Under the pieces are notes generated by a model. That model worked only from the letters and a program-made list of their open reading frames with translations, was not told where the DNA came from and did no database searches. This document shows, in pieces, positions 20,590 through 28,020 of a DNA stretch of 60,646 nucleotides. Every line of letters starts with the position of its first letter. Positions within the stretch are counted from its first letter, which is position 1. Made by a program: the position numbers and the translations under genes. The stretch covers positions 1 to 60,646 of the IMG/VR virus record IMGVR_UViG_3300042563_003046, one strand, 5' to 3'. Source of the DNA: a virus. Its lineage: Duplodnaviria; Caudoviricetes.

Positions 20590-21888
20590 ATGAAGACATT
20601 ATATCCAAAGCAACAAGAAGCGCACGACTTTTTTGTATCGTGCCTAACTAAGAACGTTAACACACTAGACTCATCAGATGTAGGAACAGGTAAGACAATT
20701 GTCGCCTGCCACATTGCGAAGACCTTGGGCAAACCATTCTTCGTCATGTGCCCTAAAGCGGTCATACCATCTTGGGAACGTGAAGCAGCAGCCTGTGGGC
20801 TTAAACCGCTGTTTGTCATGAACTACGAGAAACTACGAACTGGAAAAACTCCATGGCTAACAAAGCGTGGTAAGAAAATATTCAACTGGAAGTTACCAGA
20901 AGGAGCTATCGGGTTCATCGACGAGTGCCATAAAGCAGGAAACCCGTATACGCAGAATGCGCAGATGGTAATCGCTCTACACAAAGAAGATTTCCGTATT
21001 CACTTGATGTCAGCTACATCAGCTAATGATCCAACGGAGATGCGAGCAATCGGATACGCCTTAGGTTTGCATTCTCTCAATGAAGCGCAAGCGCCACTTA
21101 AAAGTTGGTATCGATGGATGATGGATTATGGCTGTGTGCAAAATACATGGGGTGCGTGGGAGCTGCGTAAGAAGAACAAGCTATCCCTTTTGCATGATCA
21201 AATTTATAACCGTAATGCGAAGAGGCTTACCGTAGCTGACTTCCCTGATTCATTTCGTAAGAATAGGATCTTTGTGGAGAACATTCAGTTTTCTAATCTC
21301 AGCAAGATTCACGCGGCATACAAGAGTCTTAATATTACACCAGAAATCATCGAGCGATACATTGAGCTAGGCACAGTAGAAGATAGCGAGCACACTCTCG
21401 TGAACCTGTTACGAGCTCGACAGTTGGCTGAGTCTTTTAAAGTAAATGATATTGCTGAAATGGTCGATGAGTTATTGTTAGAAGAGGCCAGCGTGGTTGT
21501 CTTCATGAACTTCCGTGAAACAGCAGAAGCATTAGCACTAACCCTAAGGTGCGAGAAGATCGTTGGTGGACAATCGGCAGCTGATAGACAGCGGATCATT
21601 GATGACTTCCAGTCGGATAAAACGCATGTGCTCGTTGTTAATATTGCAGCAGGTGGCACTGGCATTAGCTTGCACGATCTGAACGGTGATAGACCACGTG
21701 TATCTCTGATATGTCCTACGTTTAATGACAAGGACTACATGCAGGCACTCGGACGCATTCACCGCAACGGAGCAAAAAGTGATGCCGTGCAAAAGATTTT
21801 AGTTGCCAATGGGACGGTTGAGGAAGTAGTTATCAAATCCATCCAGAACAAGATCGCAAATCATGACATGCTCCATGGAACAAAATAA
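20590..21888 (+). CDS. Superfamily 2 (SNF2-like) helicase
   Basis: GTGKT, DECH, SAT, AGGTGISL, QALGRIHR. Confidence 0.92.
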   Translation: MKTLYPKQQEAHDFFVSCLTKNVNTLDSSDVGTGKTIVACHIAKTLGKPFFVMCPKAVIPSWEREAAACGLKPLFVMNYEKLRTGKTPWLTKRGKKIFNWKLPEGAIGFIDECHKAGNPYTQNAQMVIALHKEDFRIHLMSATSANDPTEMRAIGYALGLHSLNEAQAPLKSWYRWMMDYGCVQNTWGAWELRKKNKLSLLHDQIYNRNAKRLTVADFPDSFRKNRIFVENIQFSNLSKIHAAYKSLNITPEIIERYIELGTVEDSEHTLVNLLRARQLAESFKVNDIAEMVDELLLEEASVVVFMNFRETAEALALTLRCEKIVGGQSAADRQRIIDDFQSDKTHVLVVNIAAGGTGISLHDLNGDRPRVSLICPTFNDKDYMQALGRIHRNGAKSDAVQKILVANGTVEEVVIKSIQNKIANHDMLHGTK

Positions 21889-21892
21889 ATTT

Positions 21893-22198
21893 ATGAATAC
21901 AAAACAAACTAACCCGCTGGCAGCGGTTGCTCCAGCCACGCCTTGTTCGGCTGCTTGCCCTAAGTGTGGCAGTCTGAACATCCACCGCCATCATCGCGCC
22001 CCGAAAGAAGAGTGGTCGCGAAATATCGGGGAGAACCGCAAGAACTACGAAACGCCGTGGGTCAGCTATGTCGGATACTCCGCAAAAGCTCTCAAGGAGT
22101 GCATTACCCACCACTGCCGCTGCTGCCAGTGGAAATGGGAATCCGATTGTCTGCCGAACGATCAAAGTGAGGCACAGCCTCCAGCAACAAATCTATGA
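21893..22198 (+). CDS. Cassette A gene, zinc-ribbon protein
   Basis: CPKCGS...CRCC; stop inside attC1. Confidence 0.75.
   Translation: MNTKQTNPLAAVAPATPCSAACPKCGSLNIHRHHRAPKEEWSRNIGENRKNYETPWVSYVGYSAKALKECITHHCRCCQWKWESDCLPNDQSEAQPPATNL
21913..21951 (-). mobile_element. Truncated attC (R'' and L'' half only)
   Basis: Minus strand reads GCCGAAC AAGGC GTGGCTGGAGCAACCGC; no L'/R' arm is visible toward the helicase. Confidence 0.65.
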
Positions 22199-22250
22199 AT
22201 ACACCAAAAGACTCAACGGGAGGCTGTTGTCCTCCACCGCCTTGTTCGGC
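22153..22250 (-). mobile_element. attC site 1 (98 bp)
   Basis: Minus: GCCGAAC AAGGC GGTGGAGG ACAACAGCCTCC...GGAGGCTGTG CCTCACT TTGATC GTTCGGC. Confidence 0.9.
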
Positions 22251-22548
22251 TTCTTTGGAGGCCGTTCAATACGCCGACTACATCCTAAACCACTACTCGC
22301 GGGATAGTCACGCTGACAAGTTGTGCCTCGCCCGTGACTTGGAGCGGCACGGGTGGTCGAGTGACTTGTTCGGCGATTTGAGTGCGGATGCGAAACAAGC
22401 GGTCGCATGGCTGTTTAGTGACCATGCCAAAAAGCTCTCAGTCATCGAGGCTCGCGCCTGCATCTTGGAAGGATGGGGAAAGCGCGTGGACGACGAACTG
22501 CGAGCTTACTTTTCGCCAAACGCCAAGGTATCAGACCGCCCATCATGA
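22195..22548 (+). CDS. Cassette B gene, hypothetical protein
   Basis: ATG in the attC1 loop (ATGA overlap); stop in attC2. Confidence 0.75.
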   Translation: MNTPKDSTGGCCPPPPCSASLEAVQYADYILNHYSRDSHADKLCLARDLERHGWSSDLFGDLSADAKQAVAWLFSDHAKKLSVIEARACILEGWGKRVDDELRAYFSPNAKVSDRPS

Positions 22549-22605
22549 AAACTCCCGAATCACAACAGACGCCTTTGGGCGGTTCTGATCACCGCCTTGT
22601 TCGGC
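22515..22605 (-). mobile_element. attC site 2 (91 bp)
   Basis: Minus: GCCGAAC AAGGC GGTGATCAG AACCGCCCA...TGGGCGGT CTGATACC TTGGC GTTTGGC. Confidence 0.9.
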
Positions 22606-22850
22606 GTTGCGTGACACACCACTTCGCTTGCGACTGCCGCGAGGCACTGATGGCGGAATCCATGAAGACGCAACGACGAGTGATCGACTGGCGGGATCAG
22701 AGCGATGAGGGCTTGAGACTGCGTTGCGGAGAACTGACCACGCAGGAAATCCGCACCATCAGGGCTGTGCTGACTGCTATTCTTCCGCCGAACGCCGATG
22801 TGATGGCAGCCGCCGACAATAAAACTCCAACGAAGGAAATGACTTTATGA
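22545..22850 (+). CDS. Cassette C gene, hypothetical protein with CxxHHxACDCRE motif
   Basis: ATG in the attC2 loop; stop in attC3. Confidence 0.75.
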   Translation: MKTPESQQTPLGGSDHRLVRRCVTHHFACDCREALMAESMKTQRRVIDWRDQSDEGLRLRCGELTTQEIRTIRAVLTAILPPNADVMAAADNKTPTKEMTL

Positions 22851-22908
22851 TACCAGAAACCATTGAAGAAACCACAGATGGCGGATTGCCATGCACGCCT
22901 TGTTCTCC
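22787..22908 (-). mobile_element. attC site 3 (122 bp)
   Basis: Minus: GGAGAAC AAGGC GTGCATGGC AATCCGCC...GGCGGCT GCCATCAC ATCGGC GTTCGGC. Confidence 0.88.
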
Positions 22909-23212
22909 GTCTTTTCGGGCTGGAGATGATGTTCGCCACCTGCCATCTGGTGAAAACTGGAAGCTCGCCACGGATGAGGAAAACGGGTGGGTGTCTCCAT
23001 GCGGATGGCCGCCTACACTAGCCGAAGCGAAAGACTGTGTGTTGCAGTTCGCCGCCGACGATAATGAGAGGATGGAGATGCTGAAAACATGGGCAGCAGA
23101 GGGGCGCGGCTACGAGCATGAGCGCGACCACCGAACCCGCACCGCTCGCCACCAGATTTCTTCCGAGAACGCTGAGGTGAGGCACGGCGCTAAGGACGCT
23201 GACCTCGACTAG
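22847..23212 (+). CDS. Cassette D gene, hypothetical protein
   Basis: ATG in the attC3 loop; FRAGDDVRHLPSGENW...GWPP; TAG in the attC4 loop. Confidence 0.75.
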   Translation: MIPETIEETTDGGLPCTPCSPSFRAGDDVRHLPSGENWKLATDEENGWVSPCGWPPTLAEAKDCVLQFAADDNERMEMLKTWAAEGRGYEHERDHRTRTARHQISSENAEVRHGAKDADLD

Positions 23213-23249
23213 AAACTTTCCCGCCGTTGCCTCGACCGTCTTGTTAGCC
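23164..23249 (-). mobile_element. attC site 4 (86 bp)
   Basis: Minus: GGCTAAC AAGAC GGTCGAGGC AACGGCG...CGCCGT GCCTCACC TCAGC GTTCTCG. Confidence 0.9.
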
Positions 23250-23288
23250 GTTCGGGGTGCGTCGGAAAACCGAAACAAACACACGAAT

Positions 23289-23504
23289 ATGGACAACCTA
23301 CGAAAAAACATCGAATCAGCAATTAACGCCGCCAGTGCGGAAAACGGCAGTGACACTCCCGATTTCATCTTGGCCGAATATCTCACGGACTGTCTCACTG
23401 CATATGACAAAGCGGTGGTGGCGCGTGAAAAGTGGTATGGACGGCCAGAACTCCCAAAGCCATTTCCTTCGGCTAATAGCAAAGATCAATCACCGCAAGG
23501 TTGA
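23289..23504 (+). CDS. Cassette E gene, small conserved phage protein (ENGSDTPDFILAEYL type)
   Basis: ATG 23289 after an A/C-rich leader; stop in attC5. Confidence 0.75.
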   Translation: MDNLRKNIESAINAASAENGSDTPDFILAEYLTDCLTAYDKAVVAREKWYGRPELPKPFPSANSKDQSPQG

Positions 23505-23523
23505 TTGCATCGATCTGTTCGAT
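23471..23523 (-). mobile_element. attC site 5 (53 bp, minimal; R' reads ATT instead of GTT)
   Basis: Minus: ATCGAAC AGATC GATGCAATC AACCTTGCGGT GATTGATC TTTGCT ATTAGCC. Confidence 0.75.
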
Positions 23524-23529
23524 AAACGC

Positions 23530-23775
23530 TGACATGCCGTTTAGTATGTCACTACACTCGCGCTCATTGCATTGAGGGCATCTGAAACAGAATGAGGGGG
23601 AGCCGTACGCGGCGAACTCAATACGTCTGGATGAGCAACCTGAACAGTGGGTGCGAGTGTGGTGTGACTGAGATGGTTTAAGGTTGACGCAGATAGAGCG
23701 GGGATATGTTCTGCAACGTATCGCTGCCCGTAGATTCGTATTCTACCACCACACGACTTGCTGCCGTAAGCAGCT
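23530..23775 (+). ncRNA. Candidate structured non-coding RNA
   Basis: Intergenic; five stems, including a 19-bp stem (23551-23569 with 23645-23663) whose non-Watson-Crick pairs are all G-U on the plus strand. Confidence 0.5.
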
Positions 23776-23794
23776 ACTAACCAATAATAAAAAT

Positions 23795-24076
23795 ATGACA
23801 ACCTTAGAACAACAATTAGAAGACGCAGGATACGATGCATCCGAGCTATTATGCATGGATGGATATAACGACTGTATTGTCGGAGTTGTAAACCGCATAG
23901 GCCAACCACCAATCATATGCTATGATACTACCAAGGTTATAGCGTCATTAGTGAATGATGGTATGACCGAAGAAGAAGCTGAAGAGTATTTTAACTTTAA
24001 CCAATTAGGAGCTTGGATCGGCGAAAACACCCCTTGCTTTTTAACACCTTTAACATTAGAACAACCATTACAATGA
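23795..24076 (+). CDS. Conserved small phage protein
   Basis: DGYNDCIVGV...EEAEEYFNFNQLGAWIGENTP motif. Confidence 0.75.
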   Translation: MTTLEQQLEDAGYDASELLCMDGYNDCIVGVVNRIGQPPIICYDTTKVIASLVNDGMTEEEAEEYFNFNQLGAWIGENTPCFLTPLTLEQPLQ

Positions 24077-25197
24077 TAGACAACGTAAACCACGCAGACA
24101 GAGGACACGCAGAGTTCTCACCATCGAGCCTAAAGTATGTAGCGCAGTGCGCAGGATACCAAGGTAAAAGCGGAAATTCCGCAGCCTCAGAAATGGGCAC
24201 ACGAATCCACGAAGCCTTAGAGGTTAGAGACCCTTCTGCTTTGCACAATGAACAGGAAGTTGACATCTACAATCAGATCGTTGAAATGGAAGCTGAGTTC
24301 ATGACGAACTTTGGCACAATCACAGAAGAGCTCAATGAGATCCAAGTGAGCGTAGAATTGATTGGGACTGAAACATGGGGGACATGTGACCGTCTATTGA
24401 TCATTGGAGATGGCAGCGAAGCAGTGATGGCCGACTACAAAACTGGTATCTCAATTATTGATCCGCCAGATAAAAACTTCCAAGCAAAGGCATATACCAT
24501 TGGGGCTTTCCAAAAGTATCAAAAGTTGGAAAAGATCGTCTTCGTCTTCTATGTCCCTCAGCGCTACCAATCGTTGCACCATACGTTCTATCGGGCAGAC
24601 CTTCCTAGCCTAGTGCAGGAGCTAAGCACGATTGTTACGACAGCGGAGCGTGTTAGACCAAAATGGAACAAAGGCACGATGGATATCGATGATTGCACAC
24701 CGAGCCAATATTGCCACTTCTGCGCACATGAAGATGGCTGTCCTTCTCTAGGCGGGCTCAGCATCGCATTAGCCAAAAGAATCAACAGCACACTACCCGA
24801 CATCGATCTAACAGATCTTGAAAACACAGACCGCTTAGCCGAGCTCTACCACATCTCTAAGATCGTAGAGAACTGGGCTGCAGCAGTTAAAGAGAGAACT
24901 CTAGCCGCCCTAAAAAATGGTGAGTCGTTAGAGGGTCTCAAGCTAAGATCCATGGGTAAAACAAAATCGGTCACAGACAATATTACACTGATCGAAATTG
25001 CTAAAGAGTGCGGCGTTGAGATGGAAGATATCCTGAAAGAAGCAAATTTCCCACTCGGTAAAATGGCTAAAGTCGTAGCCTCTTTGGGTCATGGAAAAAC
25101 AAAAAAAGAAAAAGAAGAAAAATTTCTTGACGCCTGCCAAGATGCGGGTATTGTCACGTTCTCCGACGAGCGGTTCACAATCGCAAGTCTGACTTAA
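24073..25197 (+). CDS. Cas4-like PD-(D/E)XK exonuclease (DUF2800-like)
   Basis: HAEFSPSS, GTRIHE, WGTCD, DYKTG, CHFC...C cluster. Confidence 0.85.
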   Translation: MIDNVNHADRGHAEFSPSSLKYVAQCAGYQGKSGNSAASEMGTRIHEALEVRDPSALHNEQEVDIYNQIVEMEAEFMTNFGTITEELNEIQVSVELIGTETWGTCDRLLIIGDGSEAVMADYKTGISIIDPPDKNFQAKAYTIGAFQKYQKLEKIVFVFYVPQRYQSLHHTFYRADLPSLVQELSTIVTTAERVRPKWNKGTMDIDDCTPSQYCHFCAHEDGCPSLGGLSIALAKRINSTLPDIDLTDLENTDRLAELYHISKIVENWAAAVKERTLAALKNGESLEGLKLRSMGKTKSVTDNITLIEIAKECGVEMEDILKEANFPLGKMAKVVASLGHGKTKKEKEEKFLDACQDAGIVTFSDERFTIASLT

Positions 25198-25224
25198 ACC
25201 AATAACATTAAACTAATAACACAT

Positions 25225-25899
25225 ATGTCTAAAGAAGATAATACCGCTAAAGCGGACACGCAGGTTGCAGAAGTTTCTGCAAAAAACACATCACTGAGCA
25301 CCACAGTTAATGGAGCAATGCAAATCGATGCAGAAGATATTGATATTCCCCGTATCAATGTTATCCAAAAGTCGAGTCAGATTGAAGCACCTGTTGGTTC
25401 AATCGTCGTCAACAAAATGGATGTCATCGCTCTTGCTGATCAAGCGGTAGAAGTCATCGTGGCTACTGCCCAAAAAGGCTGGAGACAAGATGTCCCATAC
25501 GAAGAGGATACCGTCCCACAAATCGCATGGTCTAAAGACCGCGCCGATGCTATTGCATTGGATGGTGATTATGAGATGATTGAGTTTGCGGAGATTACCA
25601 TGCTCATCAAACAGCCAGAAGGCAATACCGACGATGACGCTTTTCCATTCCCTATTGGTAGTGGTAATTACGCTATCGGCCGCATCAACGTATCCAAGAA
25701 TGCCTATCGATCCACTTACAAATGTCTCGCTACCTTCGCGGCGTTTAACAAAGGGGTATCGCTATCTGGTCGCGTCTGGTCTCTTAAGAGTTCTAGCATG
25801 AGCAAAGGCAAATACAGTTGGTTCAGCCCATCCTTGACCATCACCAAGTCTACACCAGAACCAGAAGTTCTGGAATTCTTGGCAAACTTCGGTGCATAA
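25225..25899 (+). CDS. Putative single-stranded DNA-binding protein
   Basis: DIDIPRINVIQ...KGKYSWFSP; located between exonuclease and polymerase; upstream TTGACG-N16-TATTGT at 25127. Confidence 0.6.
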   Translation: MSKEDNTAKADTQVAEVSAKNTSLSTTVNGAMQIDAEDIDIPRINVIQKSSQIEAPVGSIVVNKMDVIALADQAVEVIVATAQKGWRQDVPYEEDTVPQIAWSKDRADAIALDGDYEMIEFAEITMLIKQPEGNTDDDAFPFPIGSGNYAIGRINVSKNAYRSTYKCLATFAAFNKGVSLSGRVWSLKSSSMSKGKYSWFSPSLTITKSTPEPEVLEFLANFGA

Positions 25900-25927
25900 T
25901 AACCAAAACCAATATATTTTCCTTATT

Positions 25928-26179
25928 ATGTCATTAGAAAGCAAAACACACATCATCGCTGGTGAGATCGCACAAGTCGATACCCAGATTAACGAGATGA
26001 AGAAGCAGCTCACACAGCTGCATGAAATCATCACTACCTTCGAAGTTATCCGTGAAACCTATCAGGCTTATCTGGACAACAATCGTTGTGAACAGCTTGA
26101 GTTGGAACTCCATTCAAATATTGTGGAACTCGTTCCATCTATTGGAGAAGAGGATATCGTTGAAGCTGTCACTGAGTAA
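25928..26179 (+). CDS. Hypothetical coiled-coil protein
   Basis: ORF in operon. Confidence 0.6.
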   Translation: MSLESKTHIIAGEIAQVDTQINEMKKQLTQLHEIITTFEVIRETYQAYLDNNRCEQLELELHSNIVELVPSIGEEDIVEAVTE

Positions 26180-26246
26180 ACACTAACCAACCTTAGCCCA
26201 CCCTGCCTAATTTTCCAGCGGGGTGGGCTTAACTTTAAACAAAATT

Positions 26247-28007
26247 ATGGAAACCTACGCACTAGACTTTGAAACATATTACGACAAGCACTGTTCTATA
26301 AAGACGCTTGGCACACTGGGATACTTTTCGCATCCCGATTTTGACGCTTACATGGTATCCATTGTAGGCGATAATGGATACAACTTCGTTGGTCACCCCT
26401 CGGAGTTTGATTGGACTCTCCTTACTGGAGCGACTGTTCTGAGCCACAATGCTAGCTTTGACGAAACCCTCTACCTCTATGGCGTAGTCCAAGGATGGTG
26501 GCCTAAGGTTGAAGTTTATGCGTGGCATTGCACGGCCGATATGGCTGCAGCCTGCGGTCTCCCGAGATCGCTAAAAAATGCTACAGCACAAGCGTTCAGT
26601 TTGGAGATCTCGAAAGAGACGCGTAACCTGATGTCAGGTAAGCAGTGGAACACAATGGCTAAAGATTTCCAAGAAGAAGTTACAGCATACGCCCTGAAAG
26701 ACTCAGAGCTATGCTTAAGACTCTGGCAGGAATACGCATCCAAATGGGGCGAGTTTGAGCAAGAGATAAGCCGCATGAACCGCAAAGTAGTTCAGCGTGG
26801 TTTACCAATTGATACTACGCTGATGGAAGAAAACCTCGGTAAAGTCCGTAAGGCGCTATTTGACGCCGAGCAGAATATTCCGTGGAGTGGTGACAAACCT
26901 TTGCTAAGCCGCAAAGCATTTGATGAGGAGTGTATCAGTATTGGAATTGAACCCCCTGCCTCGCTTGCTGCTACAAATGCTGAAGCTCAAGATTGGCTGC
27001 GGATCAATGGAAGTAAATACAAATGGATCGAGGCCGTAATTAACTGGCGTAGAATCAATTCAATTCTCTCCAAGCTAGAAGGCTTCGATGCAGCGACAAT
27101 GCCAGATGGTCGATACTACGGTAGTATAATGTATTTTGGAGGACACACTGGTCGCTTTAGCGGCAGCGGTGGAAATCTAAATCTACAGAACTTGCCTCGT
27201 AACGAAATGTTTGGTGCAAACCTTAGACATATGATTGCTGCTCCAGAGGGCAAGAAGCTAGTCGCGGCCGACTTATCTAACATCGAAGTGCGCACCCTAT
27301 GTTGGCTAGCTGGTGACCATGATACTCTCAAAGAGATATCAACCACACCAGATATCTATGAGGCCTTTGCAATCCGATTTGGTTTGTGGTCTAAGGAACG
27401 TGGAGCGCTTAAAACAGATCCTGTGCTGCGACATAAAGTTAAAGCGCTTGTTCTCGGATGCGGCTATGGTGCAGGTGCTGCTAAGTTTGCTGAGATGTAT
27501 GATATGCCGTTTGATGAAGCAGCAGACGCCGTTAACCTCTACCGAACCAAGCTGCATAAAATCCCAACTTACTGGACAAAGCTAAACAACAATTTACGCT
27601 CAACCTATTCTTTGGCTGAACCATACATGATCAATCTAGCCTCTGGCAGATCTCTTAAATATGGGAAACTAAAGGCTGTCAAAGATGGGACGGGTCGAAT
27701 CCAGTATGTAGCGATTATGAACCGCAATGGCAAGCGGCTACCTATGAAACTATGGGGTGGTATTTTGGCAGAAAATGCGAGTCAGGCAATGGCTCGAGAT
27801 ATCTTATGCTACATGATGCTCCAGCTTGAAAAAGCTGGAATCAACGTAGTTCTTCATGTGCACGACGAAATCGTCGCTGAATGTGATGAACAGGATGCTG
27901 AGGAGGTTCTCAAAACAATGAGCGAGATCATGTCTACCCCACCCCCGTGGTGTTTAGATCTCCCACTGGCCTGCGAGGGATACATCAGTCAACTATACAA
28001 AAAATAA
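26247..28007 (+). CDS. Family A DNA polymerase with 3'-5' exonuclease
   Basis: LDFET, HNASFD, YALKDS; TGRFS, NLQNLPR, ADLSNIEVR, KALVLGCGYG, HVHDEIV. Confidence 0.95.
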   Translation: METYALDFETYYDKHCSIKTLGTLGYFSHPDFDAYMVSIVGDNGYNFVGHPSEFDWTLLTGATVLSHNASFDETLYLYGVVQGWWPKVEVYAWHCTADMAAACGLPRSLKNATAQAFSLEISKETRNLMSGKQWNTMAKDFQEEVTAYALKDSELCLRLWQEYASKWGEFEQEISRMNRKVVQRGLPIDTTLMEENLGKVRKALFDAEQNIPWSGDKPLLSRKAFDEECISIGIEPPASLAATNAEAQDWLRINGSKYKWIEAVINWRRINSILSKLEGFDAATMPDGRYYGSIMYFGGHTGRFSGSGGNLNLQNLPRNEMFGANLRHMIAAPEGKKLVAADLSNIEVRTLCWLAGDHDTLKEISTTPDIYEAFAIRFGLWSKERGALKTDPVLRHKVKALVLGCGYGAGAAKFAEMYDMPFDEAADAVNLYRTKLHKIPTYWTKLNNNLRSTYSLAEPYMINLASGRSLKYGKLKAVKDGTGRIQYVAIMNRNGKRLPMKLWGGILAENASQAMARDILCYMMLQLEKAGINVVLHVHDEIVAECDEQDAEEVLKTMSEIMSTPPPWCLDLPLACEGYISQLYKK

Positions 28008-28020
28008 ACCCACTCTGATT

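Larger units (their letters stand above)
21893..23523 (-). mobile_element. Integron-type cassette array without integrase (CALIN-like), 5 cassettes, attC sites antisense to genes
   Basis: Regularly spaced imperfect palindromes with R''/L''/L'/R' boxes, extrahelical bases and 5/5-6 nt spacers in canonical orientation on the minus strand. Confidence 0.9.

Noticed and set aside
21833-23482. Minus-strand ORFs as the true cassette genes
   Set aside because: They mostly translate attC arms (PNKAVED, ANKTVEATA) and do not tile the cassettes. The plus-strand ORFs are ATGA-coupled and carry protein-like motifs.
24073-25197. Cas4-like gene as evidence of CRISPR-Cas
   Set aside because: It is a stand-alone phage exonuclease in standard exonuclease-SSB-PolA synteny.
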